Shown here: positions 42,625-52,511 of the stretch, piece by piece
Layout: each line of letters starts with the position of its first letter
How positions within the stretch are numbered: position 1 is the first letter of the stretch
IMG/VR virus record: IMGVR_UViG_3300017971_000004
Span: 64,001-128,000 of that record
DNA: 64,000 bases
Reading direction: 5' to 3' (one strand)
From: a virus
Taxonomy: Duplodnaviria > Heunggongvirae > Uroviricota > Caudoviricetes
Made by a program: the position numbers and the translations under genes
The notes under the pieces: generated by a model
Databases searched by the model: none
Seen by the model: the letters and a program-made list of their open reading frames with translations, nothing else
Told to the model about the DNA's origin: nothing

Positions 42625-43431
42625 CTAGTTGGCAGGGGAGATCTTCTTCGGAACGATCTTGACCCAGTCCTCACCGTAAGCTCCGAAGTACTGGGACCAG
42701 TATTCGGCGGCGACGTCATCGACCCCGTTCTTCCGCATCCACGCGGCGGCGAGATCGGCACGCACCCGGCGCTTGACCTCCTTCACCAGCTCCACCCCGA
42801 AAGGCCCGTAGTAGTCTTCCCAATAGCTCTTGGCCCGAGAGTCGACAGCGATCCTGCGAGAATCGTCATCCTCGAACTCGGCGAAGATCGCAGCAATCCT
42901 GTGCGCCAAGGTGGGACCGCGCCGGCTGGCAGTGACCTCCAAGCCGTCGTAGAGCGCATCGATAGCGAGCTTGATCGCCTGCTTGTCCTCGTTCGGCAGC
43001 TCCGCGAGGATCTCCGCCGCGACCAGGAACGGCACGTCGAAGTACTTCGACGCCATCCTGGTCTTCATACCGTCCGCCACCGCCTGACGCGCGTCCTGCA
43101 CCATCTTCATGCCGAAGGCGGAACGCAGCTCATCCCAGGTGTGGATGTGCGGAGGCGTTTCCTGCCGCGAGGCCGAATTGAACCGGCGCGACACCGACAC
43201 GGGGATATCCTCGCTCAACGTCGGATCGTCGACGAGGTCCGCCCCGAAGAGTCCCCAGTAGGCCGCGACCGTCTCGGCAGCGATCTTCCTGGAGGCCTGA
43301 CGAGCCTGCGTGTCGAACATTTCCTTTTCCATTCTGCTGCGACGGAGTTTCCTCCGCCCGTTTTCGTCCAGCTCGGCCTCCCACAGATGGTGGGCGCGTC
43401 TGCTGGGCTGTTGCTCGGGTGCGTGTTCCAT
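42625..43431 (-). CDS. hypothetical protein
   Basis: 268 aa ORF. Confidence 0.5.
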   Translation of the reverse strand: MEHAPEQQPSRRAHHLWEAELDENGRRKLRRSRMEKEMFDTQARQASRKIAAETVAAYWGLFGADLVDDPTLSEDIPVSVSRRFNSASRQETPPHIHTWDELRSAFGMKMVQDARQAVADGMKTRMASKYFDVPFLVAAEILAELPNEDKQAIKLAIDALYDGLEVTASRRGPTLAHRIAAIFAEFEDDDSRRIAVDSRAKSYWEDYYGPFGVELVKEVKRRVRADLAAAWMRKNGVDDVAAEYWSQYFGAYGEDWVKIVPKKISPAN

Positions 43432-43449
43432 GTCACACCTCCGGACGGC

Positions 43450-43749
43450 CTAATCGTAAGTCCGACCGTCCCATGCGTCCAGGGATGCCAACTCGAAGTT
43501 GTAGCCCGCGTTGAACTGCTGTTGGGCTCTTTGTTCGGCCTCCTTGTCCGCCAGCCACGACTGGAGCAACTTCGTGATCGCCGTCAGCTTCCAGTCCATG
43601 CTGTACGTCGACACCGTAGCCAATGCCTTCTCGGCCCCTCGAATCAAATTCTCCCAGTAGGAGTTGTCGAGCGGGTTTGCCGCAACTTTCTGCGGAAGGT
43701 CCATCCGCTCAACCACCGACCGAAGAAGTTGTTCCTCTCCCGGCGTCAT
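43450..43749 (-). CDS. hypothetical protein
   Basis: 99 aa ORF. Confidence 0.45.
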   Translation of the reverse strand: MTPGEEQLLRSVVERMDLPQKVAANPLDNSYWENLIRGAEKALATVSTYSMDWKLTAITKLLQSWLADKEAEQRAQQQFNAGYNFELASLDAWDGRTYD

Positions 43750-43811
43750 AACGATTATATATTAACAGGTTCTGTTTAGGAGTTCTAAACTTGAGACAGG
43801 TCTACAATTTT

Positions 43812-44807
43812 TTACGAACCAGGCAGATCGCCCATGATTGACTTGGCCTCCTGGACTCCATCCGGGGTGAGCCGCATGATCTGGTTGTCCCCAGGATCAA
43901 ACTCCAACAGCCCTGGATTGCGGTAGACCTCACGCCGGGTATTGTTCGTTCGGGGTACTCGGCCATCCTCAGTCCGAAGATGCTCCACCAGCTTGACCAC
44001 GTCAACCGAATTGCCGAGCTTGTGGAGAGTCACGAAGACTCGATCACGGAACGAGAAGTTCGTCTTTCCGCACAGCACTGCGCGCTTGACCGGCTTTCTA
44101 AGGCGTCGGATCTTGGACGACTTACGCCTCTTGAGCATGGACTTCGGAAGGATGTCAAAGATCGCATCCAAGAGTGCATCCAGGTAAGGATTGGGCTCAT
44201 CCGAGTCCCGGTTGGGACGGGGGAAAGCCTTCGGCTTCAGATCGAAATAGATCGGCATCCGCATATCGCCGAAGTAGATGGGGCTCGGCACCAGCGCGAA
44301 CTTGCCGTCCGACAACTGAGCGATTTTCGGACTGCCGCGTAGGATGCCCTGGACCACCGGGATCGGCGCGGAGGTCATGATCAAGTTGTCGTCGAGGGCG
44401 TTGATGCAGGCGCAGTAGCGCTTGCTCCTGATCTTCTTGAGCACGTAGTCGTGCCGGCTATAGGAGGACCGCTCGATGTCGAGGAGATAGCACTGCTCAC
44501 CACGCCGCTTGCAGATGTACTTGCGTCGGAACTCCTGGAAAGAGCACTTGAAGTACTTCTTGATCCAGTGATACATCGTCACGAAAGAGACGCCCACGTA
44601 ATCGGCCATGCCGCCAGCGGTCTTGAACGAAGCGGCATCCAGGATCACGTTCTTGATCGACGCGCCGTGCTGTACCTGCGTGATCAGCACCCGGTATGAA
44701 TGCTTTCGTTTACACTCCGAGCAGAAAGCGTATCCGTAAGCCCCCCGCTTGATCCCGTTGTCGGGAAGCGGGTTCACGCAGCCAGGCGAGTCACAGTACG
44801 CGGGCAT
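43812..44807 (-). CDS. zinc-finger/HTH DNA-binding protein
   Basis: N-terminal CDSPGC..CSEC; HTH-like MADYVGVSFVTMYHWIKKY; basic. Confidence 0.45.
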   Translation of the reverse strand: MPAYCDSPGCVNPLPDNGIKRGAYGYAFCSECKRKHSYRVLITQVQHGASIKNVILDAASFKTAGGMADYVGVSFVTMYHWIKKYFKCSFQEFRRKYICKRRGEQCYLLDIERSSYSRHDYVLKKIRSKRYCACINALDDNLIMTSAPIPVVQGILRGSPKIAQLSDGKFALVPSPIYFGDMRMPIYFDLKPKAFPRPNRDSDEPNPYLDALLDAIFDILPKSMLKRRKSSKIRRLRKPVKRAVLCGKTNFSFRDRVFVTLHKLGNSVDVVKLVEHLRTEDGRVPRTNNTRREVYRNPGLLEFDPGDNQIMRLTPDGVQEAKSIMGDLPGS

Positions 44808-44810
44808 CGC

Positions 44811-45236
44811 TCACTTGACGTCGAAGAACTTCTTCACGAACGATTCAAGCTTCAAGAGCGGCTCGGGAATGTAGAGCACTCCCTTGTCCTTGAACTTGAT
44901 CATGTCGACGTAGACCTTCAAATCCCTCTTGAGCTTGGCGACCGTTCGCAAGTTGTCATCGGCCAACGCTGCCTTAGCCTTCGCGACATCTTTCTCACTG
45001 ATCCTAGGCTCCTTGTCCGTTTCGATCATCTCCATCTCGGGAGGAGGGGCTGCGCCGAGCATCTCGTCGAGAAAGTGGCAGTCGTCGTAGGGATGCGTGC
45101 CGCCAGCTTGGACAGACGTTTGAAACTCCTCGTCAGTCACGAGATCGGTCGGCAACCCGAAAGACGGGTCACCGGGGCAACGACCGGTCCTATGGATCAG
45201 CTCAACTGCGTGATCCTTCCACGGTTTCTTCTTCAT
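44811..45236 (-). CDS. hypothetical protein
   Basis: 141 aa ORF. Confidence 0.45.
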   Translation of the reverse strand: MKKKPWKDHAVELIHRTGRCPGDPSFGLPTDLVTDEEFQTSVQAGGTHPYDDCHFLDEMLGAAPPPEMEMIETDKEPRISEKDVAKAKAALADDNLRTVAKLKRDLKVYVDMIKFKDKGVLYIPEPLLKLESFVKKFFDVK

Positions 45237-46479
45237 TGATCCACCTCACTTGGCTGAGGATGCTGTCGAACATCTCGTCGGAACCTTCCTTCTCGATCTC
45301 GTAGAGCTTGCAGTAGTAGCGCATCGCCAGCTGCTGCATGTAGTCTCGATAGAGCTGTCCGACGAACTTCTGCCGAAAGTCCTCCTCGTTGTCGACGGCG
45401 ACCGCAGCCATCGCGCGCTTCCGGTCACCTTTGAAGTTCTGAAGATGTATCTCCATGATGCGGTCGACGTTCTGGTTGATCCACTCCTGCGGGAACGGCG
45501 GAATGCGCGAGTTGAGCATGATCTGATTGATCACATGGTCAACCGCCGTGGACTTCTCGGCGTTCTTCACGTACTTCCCATAGTCCTGGTGAAAACGCTT
45601 CCGGAAGTCTTCGAGGTCTTCGAAGCCCGCATCCTTCGCCAACTCGTCGTCGATTTCGGGGGTATGGATGATCTGGAGATCATGAACCTTCACAGACGCT
45701 TGGACCATCTTGCCGTTGATCTTCTTGTCGTGCTTGGCCTCGAACTCCACCTCGAAGAGATCACCGCGCTCGTGCCGGAGAAGGGACTCTTTCAGCTCGG
45801 GGATGTGGATCACGTCGACTTCCAGCCACTGACCCTGGAAGGTTCCGGCAATGTAGGGCTCGCCGTCTACACTGGCGGTGACGTCGAGGAGCACCTTGTG
45901 CTTCTCGGTGACCACGCTTCCCTCATCGGGTTCCATACTCCGATGCTGCCGCTGCACTTCCTTGAGTCGGCGCTCCCACTCATCTTCCTCCGGCGGCAGC
46001 GGAGGTCGCTTCACGGCCCAGTTGATGGTGCCGCGCATCTCCAGCTCCGGGACGAAGTAGACGATGGATACGATTTGAGGATGTTCGTTCTCGGGCGGAG
46101 GGTAGTTGAACAGCTCCAGGCCCTCCACGAACATGATGTCATCCGTGAGCTTCTCCCGGATGATTTTCGAGAGGATGTTCCCGTACAGCTTCGAGGGACG
46201 CAGCTTCTTCTCCAACATCTTCCGCGCCTGCGGTTGACCACCTCCCTTCTGCTTCCGGGCCTTGATCTTGAACTTGGCAATCAAGCGCTCCCCGAACTCG
46301 TCCCAAAAGTCATCGAACTTCTCCCGAAGCTCCTTGTACGGGACGTAGATCACGACCCGATACGGAGGCGCGAGAGCCTCCACGACCATCGGGGGTACGG
46401 GATTATCGGGCGTCTCGATATCTTCGGATGGTGATTTCGGTGCGGGGCTCTCCGTCATAACCGATGTCTCCTTCCACAA
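45202..46479 (-). CDS. tig: trigger-factor-like chaperone (FKBP-type PPIase domain)
   Basis: LDVTASVDGEPY and GQWLEVDVIHIPE align with E. coli Tig IDFTGSVDGEEF and GQGRMIPGFEDGI; C-terminal ELAKDAGFEDLEDFRKR like ELTAEFIKRFG; 425 aa. Confidence 0.5.
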   Translation of the reverse strand: MWKETSVMTESPAPKSPSEDIETPDNPVPPMVVEALAPPYRVVIYVPYKELREKFDDFWDEFGERLIAKFKIKARKQKGGGQPQARKMLEKKLRPSKLYGNILSKIIREKLTDDIMFVEGLELFNYPPPENEHPQIVSIVYFVPELEMRGTINWAVKRPPLPPEEDEWERRLKEVQRQHRSMEPDEGSVVTEKHKVLLDVTASVDGEPYIAGTFQGQWLEVDVIHIPELKESLLRHERGDLFEVEFEAKHDKKINGKMVQASVKVHDLQIIHTPEIDDELAKDAGFEDLEDFRKRFHQDYGKYVKNAEKSTAVDHVINQIMLNSRIPPFPQEWINQNVDRIMEIHLQNFKGDRKRAMAAVAVDNEEDFRQKFVGQLYRDYMQQLAMRYYCKLYEIEKEGSDEMFDSILSQVRWINEEETVEGSRS

Positions 46480-46876
46480 TCTTTCGACTGTGCTCCTCGC
46501 GTACCAGCTTGTCGTCTACGAGGATCGCGGCCACCTTGATACCTCCTGCAACCGATATCCCCTGCATCGCGTCGAGGATGAAGGCCGGGAGATTATCGAG
46601 ATCAGGCTCGTGACCCCTCTTCACATAAAATACAAGATCAACTTGGATGAGATAATCTATCGGCCTGGATCGTCCTTGATTCCTGTACTGGGTATAGAGG
46701 AGCTGGGAAGTTCGCTGCCGGGCCTGTTTCATCTCGTGGCTGTGATCAATAAAAGGTTGACGCCGCTGCCGAGGATCACGGAAGAGGATGTTGAGATTGT
46801 TCTTCTGGACCCACGGCTTGCCGGTGATCACGAAGTGGAGCGGATCATCGTCCGCGAAGTAGATCGGTTCAAACAT
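46403..46876 (-). CDS. rusA: RusA-family Holliday junction resolvase
   Basis: GHEPDLDNLPAFILDAMQG matches the RusA kPDlDNlvKavlDal core. Confidence 0.6.
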   Translation of the reverse strand: MFEPIYFADDDPLHFVITGKPWVQKNNLNILFRDPRQRRQPFIDHSHEMKQARQRTSQLLYTQYRNQGRSRPIDYLIQVDLVFYVKRGHEPDLDNLPAFILDAMQGISVAGGIKVAAILVDDKLVREEHSRKIVEGDIGYDGEPRTEITIRRYRDAR

Positions 46877-46877
46877 C

Positions 46878-47129
46878 TCAGCAGCACAAGCTGTTCAGGA
46901 TCGCGACTACGGCTTCGTCGTGCCGGAACCAAAGGTTCTTCACAATGTAGTCCCGCTCCTGTGGACCCTGCTCCCACAGATCGCGGACGTAGCGATCCAC
47001 GAAGGGACCGCTGAGTATGCGGATATCGTTGCCCTCGACGCGGTACTGAACCAGATCGAGCTTCCGCTGGACCCGGCGAGCCTTCTCTCCGGCCTGCTCC
47101 TGGCGCGATTGGACCTTCGGATTGGTCAT
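46878..47129 (-). CDS. hypothetical protein
   Basis: 83 aa ORF. Confidence 0.45.
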   Translation of the reverse strand: MTNPKVQSRQEQAGEKARRVQRKLDLVQYRVEGNDIRILSGPFVDRYVRDLWEQGPQERDYIVKNLWFRHDEAVVAILNSLCC

Positions 47130-47683
47130 TTCTTCCCGAGAGGACGAACATTTTCGGCGCGGAGATCCGGAGGCATCCCTTCGACAATCTGGATGTCGGA
47201 GTCCATCCCGATGATGGTCTTGACCGCCAGCTCATACTCGCCGGCCAGCGCTACATCATGGGGCCGGTTGGCCTTCATCACGTAGAGAGACTTGACCTTG
47301 AAGAACATCCAGTCCAACGGACTCAAGATCGTGAAATGCTTGGAGAACTGAGGACCGATGGCCTTGATCCGCTTGGTCTCAGGATCAATGTCGATTGGAA
47401 TCTCCGCGAACATCAACGGTTGGTAGACAGGAAGGAGGCCATCGTCCAGCTCACGGATTCCACCCATGATGGCCCGAGCGTTCACAGTCAGGATCACCAT
47501 CACGGTGCTCTCATTGTACGGATTGCGGATCGCCCGCATGTCGAAGGTACGCTCCAACCAGTCGACGAACTCTTCTTCTTCCTCAGGACCATCGATCCGC
47601 CTGTGAGGATTGCTCGTATCCTCTGAGTGGCTCATTGAGATACTCCTAACGTGGTGATTCCATTCTGTTTTCTGGCAATCCAA
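47126..47683 (-). CDS. hypothetical protein
   Basis: 185 aa ORF. Confidence 0.5.
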   Translation of the reverse strand: MDCQKTEWNHHVRSISMSHSEDTSNPHRRIDGPEEEEEFVDWLERTFDMRAIRNPYNESTVMVILTVNARAIMGGIRELDDGLLPVYQPLMFAEIPIDIDPETKRIKAIGPQFSKHFTILSPLDWMFFKVKSLYVMKANRPHDVALAGEYELAVKTIIGMDSDIQIVEGMPPDLRAENVRPLGKK

Positions 47684-49713
47684 ACTTCGCTGAAAGGCAG
47701 CAGATCGTTAACGTGCCCGCTGTTGTCTGTTACCAAAGCAGTCGCCGCCTGGAGGTTGGTGAAGCTGTCCACGAGCCGTTGGGAATTGGTGATGTCCACG
47801 AAGGCGAAGATCTCATCGAGCAGGATCAGGTTGCATCCGTGGCCGCTTTGAAGAGCAATCTCGTGAAGTGCCCGGATCAGCGCGTTGGCGATCTTGGCGG
47901 TCTCGCCATCCGAATAAAGTCGTGGATCGATATTTTTCGGACCGTCGACGATCTCGACCTTGACCTCGGACTTCAGAAGATCCTTGATGTCGGCAGCTCC
48001 CCGGCTCGACTTCTTTTCCCCGAAGGACGAGATGTTGACCCGGATAGTATCGCCCATAGCGGCCAGGTTCTGGTTCACCTTGTCAGACAGACCGCTCATC
48101 GCCACCGAGAGTCGGTGCAGCTTGATGTAGGGGATGTTGGAGATGAGCCATTCCAAGATGATCAAGTCTGACTTCGAGGACGAGATAGAAGATTCCATTT
48201 CGGTGATCTTCGAGGTTCGGGTCTCAACGGCCTCCTGAAGGTCTTTGATGTCCTGGAGCGCTTTCTGCGCCTGCTGAATCCAGTTCTGGATGGAGACCGT
48301 CTCCGTCCGGTAGCCACCGAGCTGCTGCTGAAGTTGAGAGATCTGGAAAGTGAGCTGCCGGATTTCCTCGGTGAGACGCTCATACTCCGAGTTGCTCGCC
48401 TGCATCTGAACTTTCTTCTCTTCGATCTGCTTGGCAATCTCGTCCGCCTTGACCTTCATCTCCGTGTAGGCCTTGGCGCGAGCATCTTGAACTTCCCGAT
48501 GATGAGCGTCCCGACGTTCGACGGCCTCCTGGTATTGAACCTCCAAGCTGGCAACTTCGCCCTGGAGATGCTTCAGATGTTTCTCGATCTCGGTCTTCCT
48601 GGTCTTGGTGATCTTCGCCCCGCAAGTTGGACAGGATTCGAAGTCTCGAAGATCTCCGTCACGGAGGAAGACAGTAATCGCACCCTTGGCTACATCGACC
48701 TTCGAGCGCATGTTCTGAACCTGCTGCTCGAAGCTGGGGTCGAAGTTCGGCAGGATCTCCTCCAGGTTCCCAGGATTCCGAATCCGAGCCTCCTCCTGCG
48801 CCAGGTCCGAGATCTCCTGAGAGAGTCCGCTGATGCCGCTTCTGGCGTAGATGTCGCGCTGCTGCTGCGAGAGACGTTCCGCATCGGCACCGTGGCCTTG
48901 GATCTGCTCCTCGACCGCTGCGGATGCCTTCGTCACCTCGGTCAGCTGCTGATGGAACCGATGCTCTTGCGCAGCCCAGTCGGTCTGCTCGAACTGCGCA
49001 AGCCGCTGGCGCAATTCTTGCCGAGCCCCGGTCTCGTAAGCAATCTTCTCCTGAGTCTCCGCCACGGTCTTCTGTAGAACGGCCTTCTCGGCACGAGACC
49101 GCGCGAGGATGTGGTCCCACTCCTCGACTCCGGTGATACCGGCGAGGATGTCGATACGTTCCTTGTTGGTACCGCGCAGGAACCGATAGCCCACTCGCTG
49201 GCTCAGGTAAGAGATGGAGACGAACCTGGAGTAGGTGATGCCGAGGGCCTCCGTGATGCGCTTGCGCGTCTCGGACATCGAAGAGCCGCGCTCGTCGAGC
49301 CATTGCTCCCCATCGTAGCGTTCGAAGAAGAGAGAAGTTCCTTTGTAGACAACGCCGTTGTCGGTGTCGATGGCGTAGAACTCGTCCTTCCAGTCACGGC
49401 ACGAAGTCACCCGGTAGTAGATGCCGTCGTCCCCAATGAACTCTACGCGGCCCGCATAACCTCTCTCCCAGACGTCGTTGACGACGCCGTTGCCGCTGAC
49501 CCCGGTCGGGTTCTCGCCGTAGAGGATCTCGCACAGGGCGTTGAACAAGCTGCTCTTTCCGGACCCGTTCGAATCGCCACCGATATCATCGTTCACCCCG
49601 ATCAGGTTCACGAGCCCCCTCCGCTCGACATCGATGTTGGACGAACTCCCGTAGGAGAACATGCCGGTCGGGTTGATGTAGCGGATCGTCAACATCAGGG
49701 CTTGACCTTCCAC
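47632..49713 (-). CDS. sbcC: SbcC/Rad50-like ATPase (recombination nuclease subunit, gp46-like)
   Basis: Walker A GDSNGSGKSS, long coiled-coil middle, C-terminal LILLDEIFAFVD. Confidence 0.75.
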   Translation of the reverse strand: MEGQALMLTIRYINPTGMFSYGSSSNIDVERRGLVNLIGVNDDIGGDSNGSGKSSLFNALCEILYGENPTGVSGNGVVNDVWERGYAGRVEFIGDDGIYYRVTSCRDWKDEFYAIDTDNGVVYKGTSLFFERYDGEQWLDERGSSMSETRKRITEALGITYSRFVSISYLSQRVGYRFLRGTNKERIDILAGITGVEEWDHILARSRAEKAVLQKTVAETQEKIAYETGARQELRQRLAQFEQTDWAAQEHRFHQQLTEVTKASAAVEEQIQGHGADAERLSQQQRDIYARSGISGLSQEISDLAQEEARIRNPGNLEEILPNFDPSFEQQVQNMRSKVDVAKGAITVFLRDGDLRDFESCPTCGAKITKTRKTEIEKHLKHLQGEVASLEVQYQEAVERRDAHHREVQDARAKAYTEMKVKADEIAKQIEEKKVQMQASNSEYERLTEEIRQLTFQISQLQQQLGGYRTETVSIQNWIQQAQKALQDIKDLQEAVETRTSKITEMESSISSSKSDLIILEWLISNIPYIKLHRLSVAMSGLSDKVNQNLAAMGDTIRVNISSFGEKKSSRGAADIKDLLKSEVKVEIVDGPKNIDPRLYSDGETAKIANALIRALHEIALQSGHGCNLILLDEIFAFVDITNSQRLVDSFTNLQAATALVTDNSGHVNDLLPFSEVWIARKQNGITTLGVSQ

Positions 49714-49958
49714 ATCTCGTCGATCATGTCGCAGATGACCTTCTTCGCTTCTTCGGGACCACCGTTCACTCCCACCATCGACGTGTGGAACGCCCGCGCC
49801 TGCGTGTCCCCCACCTTCGCGACCGAGACGATCCGGGAGTCGTTCCAGAGAACGTGCTGCGGAGGAAGCACGGCCAAGCTGAAGACAAAGGTATGCTCCT
49901 GGACGAGTTCGCCACCGAGCGAAAAGATGGTGCCCTTCGGCCCTATCTGGTCAGACAT
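49695..49958 (-). CDS. hypothetical protein
   Basis: 87 aa ORF. Confidence 0.4.
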   Translation of the reverse strand: MSDQIGPKGTIFSLGGELVQEHTFVFSLAVLPPQHVLWNDSRIVSVAKVGDTQARAFHTSMVGVNGGPEEAKKVICDMIDEMWKVKP

Positions 49959-50209
49959 CAGATTCCCCCTCGATCAAAGATGGCCACGCGGTGAACGTTC
50001 TGCTTGATGTCCCACTTCTTGAGCTTGCCGCCGCAGGTGCACTTCATCGTCGGATGGATCTCGGGCTTCTCCTCGGTGTCGTTGAACAAGTCCTCGTACT
50101 GCTTGTCACACTTTACGCACTTATAGCCGACCATCCGCATTTCAACTCTCCTGCATCTTCCGGACCATTTCGAAGATCTTGTTCTTCGAAAGGTTGCCGA
50201 CATCGGCAA
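49958..50209 (-). CDS. zinc-ribbon protein
   Basis: CVKCDK...CTCGG. Confidence 0.4.
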   Translation of the reverse strand: MPMSATFRRTRSSKWSGRCRRVEMRMVGYKCVKCDKQYEDLFNDTEEKPEIHPTMKCTCGGKLKKWDIKQNVHRVAIFDRGGI

Positions 50210-51239
50210 ACCCGCTCTCCAGGTAGAGGTCCAGATCGTCGAGCACGCTCTGAGAGGCGCTCATGTCGACCACAGCCTCGTTCTGCTCCACCTGATAGTC
50301 ACGGATGATCTCGATGCTCCGAGCCATCAAGATGTTGGTATAGTTGCTCCACCGCTCGTCGTCGGCGATACGGTCCACATCGGCACGACGACCTTTCAAG
50401 CGCACCTCCACGGCGACATCGTTGACCACCTCGTCCTTGATGTCGATGTTCTCGTAGCGCGTGTCCGGTCCAACTTCGAAAGATGCTCGATGGAAGAAGT
50501 TTCTGGTCGGCACGAAAGTTGTTTCAACGTTCCAACCATCTGCACCCCGAGTCGCCGTCACCTCCAGCCAACCGCGCTGTCGGTCCGCGTCAGCCCGGGT
50601 GCGCTGGAGCACGGAGCCAAGGTACCCGCCCCGGGTGTTCCGGAACGGCAGCTGCTGCGGGACGTGGAGATCCCCGGCGAGCACGAAGTCCCACTCGGGC
50701 CGGTCGAGCTGGTTGGCTTCGAGGCCATCCGCGAAGGTACGGTCACCGTCATCCTCCATGAATGATCCGCGCACGATGGCGTGGAAGAGAAAGAGGTTGA
50801 GCTGCTCCGGATTGGGCTTGTAGTTGGCCATGTCGAACGGCACGTCGGCAGGGAGCGCGTTGATCGCGTAGGTCTCCTTATTGATGGTCATCGGTTCGTC
50901 CAGAACAACGAGATTCGGGAGAGTCCGAAGCGATTCAGAAGTATGCCACTCCCGGTTGTTCTTGGTCCAGTCGTGGTTGCCCACCAGATGATAGTGCGGA
51001 ACTCCAGAACGCTCCCAAAGCGCATCCGCCAACGCGCGATCGGCCCTGACTTTGATCTCATCCTCAGGTTCCCGCTTGAGAAAGCGGTCACCACAGAAGA
51101 TGGAGAAGTCGAACTGACCGTCAACGACACGCTGATGGGCGGCGCGCTCGATGGCGAGAGTATCGTCGAGAGTGATGCACCGCGCCGCCAGCCGATCGTG
51201 ATGAATGTCACTGTATGCAAGGAAACGGATGGCGCTCAT
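50142..51239 (-). CDS. sbcD: SbcD/Mre11-like nuclease (gp47-like)
   Basis: calcineurin-like phosphoesterase motifs LAYSDIHHD, GDRF, GNHD, GDLH. Confidence 0.8.
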   Translation of the reverse strand: MSAIRFLAYSDIHHDRLAARCITLDDTLAIERAAHQRVVDGQFDFSIFCGDRFLKREPEDEIKVRADRALADALWERSGVPHYHLVGNHDWTKNNREWHTSESLRTLPNLVVLDEPMTINKETYAINALPADVPFDMANYKPNPEQLNLFLFHAIVRGSFMEDDGDRTFADGLEANQLDRPEWDFVLAGDLHVPQQLPFRNTRGGYLGSVLQRTRADADRQRGWLEVTATRGADGWNVETTFVPTRNFFHRASFEVGPDTRYENIDIKDEVVNDVAVEVRLKGRRADVDRIADDERWSNYTNILMARSIEIIRDYQVEQNEAVVDMSASQSVLDDLDLYLESGFADVGNLSKNKIFEMVRKMQES

Positions 51240-51514
51240 GAGCTTTCCCCCTCCACTCTAAGCGGCGTCGAGTTCACCACGGTCAGGAAGGTCACCAAGA
51301 ACGGGAAGATGTCATCAACGAACTCGTGAAGCTTCTCACCAATCTCCTCTTTGGAAACTCCGGCATGCACTTCCGGAGACGTCTTCAGAAATCGCAAAAC
51401 GATGTACTTGCACAAGACATCGATATCCTCGGTGAGCAGCTCCTCGTCGAGCTTGTGGAGATGGTCCTTGACTACCTGGAGGTAGCCGTCACCGGGATCA
51501 GACAAAGTACCCAT
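51236..51514 (-). CDS. hypothetical protein
   Basis: 92 aa ORF. Confidence 0.4.
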   Translation of the reverse strand: MGTLSDPGDGYLQVVKDHLHKLDEELLTEDIDVLCKYIVLRFLKTSPEVHAGVSKEEIGEKLHEFVDDIFPFLVTFLTVVNSTPLRVEGESS

Positions 51515-52502
51515 ACCGAGTCAGAATCTCCCTCTCGATCTTGACCATCAGATCCGGATCGACATCGAGCATCTGCGCCGCATTCTCAACACCCTGGCCA
51601 AGACGTGTTCCCTGGTAGGAGTAATGGGTACCGGCCTTCTCGATGACCCCAACGTTCTTGGCGCTTCCGATTCGGATGATGTCGAGCGCACGAGGGAAGC
51701 CATCTCCGAAACGAAGCTCGACCTCGGCTTCCCGGAAGGGCGGCGCGACCTTGTTCTTGACGACCTTGAAGCGCACCTTCTGGCCGATGATCTGCTCGCC
51801 CTGCTTGGACTTACCGATCTGCTTCACCTCCACGCGCTGGGTGGCATAGAACTTCAGAGCGCGACCCCCGGTGGTCGTTTCGGGATTACCGAACATGACG
51901 CCAATCTTCATCCGGATCTGGTTGATGAAGATGACCACCACCCCGGTCCGGGAGACTGTCGCGGTGAGCTTGCGAAGCGCCTGAGCCATCATCCTCGCTT
52001 GCAACCCCACATGCGAGTCGCCGTAGTCCCCCTCCAGCTCGGCCTTGGGGACGAGGTTGGCGACGGAATCGTAGACGACGACGTCACCCGGCTTCATGTT
52101 CTCGCAGATGGCATGGCCCATCTCCAGCGCATCCTCTCCGCAGTCAGGTTGCGAGAAGAGTAGATCGGAGAAGTTGACGCCGAGCTTCTTGGCGTAGCTC
52201 GTATCAAGCGCATGTTCGACATCGATGAACGCTGCCACCCCCTCGGACCGCTGAGCCGCGACGATGGCTTGGAGGGTGGCCGTGGTCTTGCCCGATCCTT
52301 CCGAACCGAAGAACTCCACGATGCGCCCTTGCGGATAGCCTCCCCCGAGCGCGATGTCGAGACCGAGGATACCAGACGAAATCCGAGGTACATTCTCGAT
52401 CTTGGTCGCATCGAGGGTTGTCAGCCCCGAGAAGTCTTTTCCTCGGGTCGATTGGATCTTCTTGAGGATGTCGACCGTGCGACTCTTGGTCTCCTTCGAC
52501 AT
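51498..52502 (-). CDS. recA: RecA/UvsX-like recombinase
   Basis: LGLDIALGGGYPQGRIVEFFGSEGSGKTT and downstream RecA core. Confidence 0.85.
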   Translation of the reverse strand: MSKETKSRTVDILKKIQSTRGKDFSGLTTLDATKIENVPRISSGILGLDIALGGGYPQGRIVEFFGSEGSGKTTATLQAIVAAQRSEGVAAFIDVEHALDTSYAKKLGVNFSDLLFSQPDCGEDALEMGHAICENMKPGDVVVYDSVANLVPKAELEGDYGDSHVGLQARMMAQALRKLTATVSRTGVVVIFINQIRMKIGVMFGNPETTTGGRALKFYATQRVEVKQIGKSKQGEQIIGQKVRFKVVKNKVAPPFREAEVELRFGDGFPRALDIIRIGSAKNVGVIEKAGTHYSYQGTRLGQGVENAAQMLDVDPDLMVKIEREILTRYGYFV

Positions 52503-52511
52503 GACGACCCC

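Noticed and set aside
43751-43811. Hairpin GTTTAG-GAGTTC-CTAAAC followed by a T-run on the plus strand, as a possible plus-strand terminator
   Set aside because: No plus-strand gene is nearby, and for minus-strand transcripts the T-run is on the wrong side. It is probably incidental or a weak regulatory hairpin.
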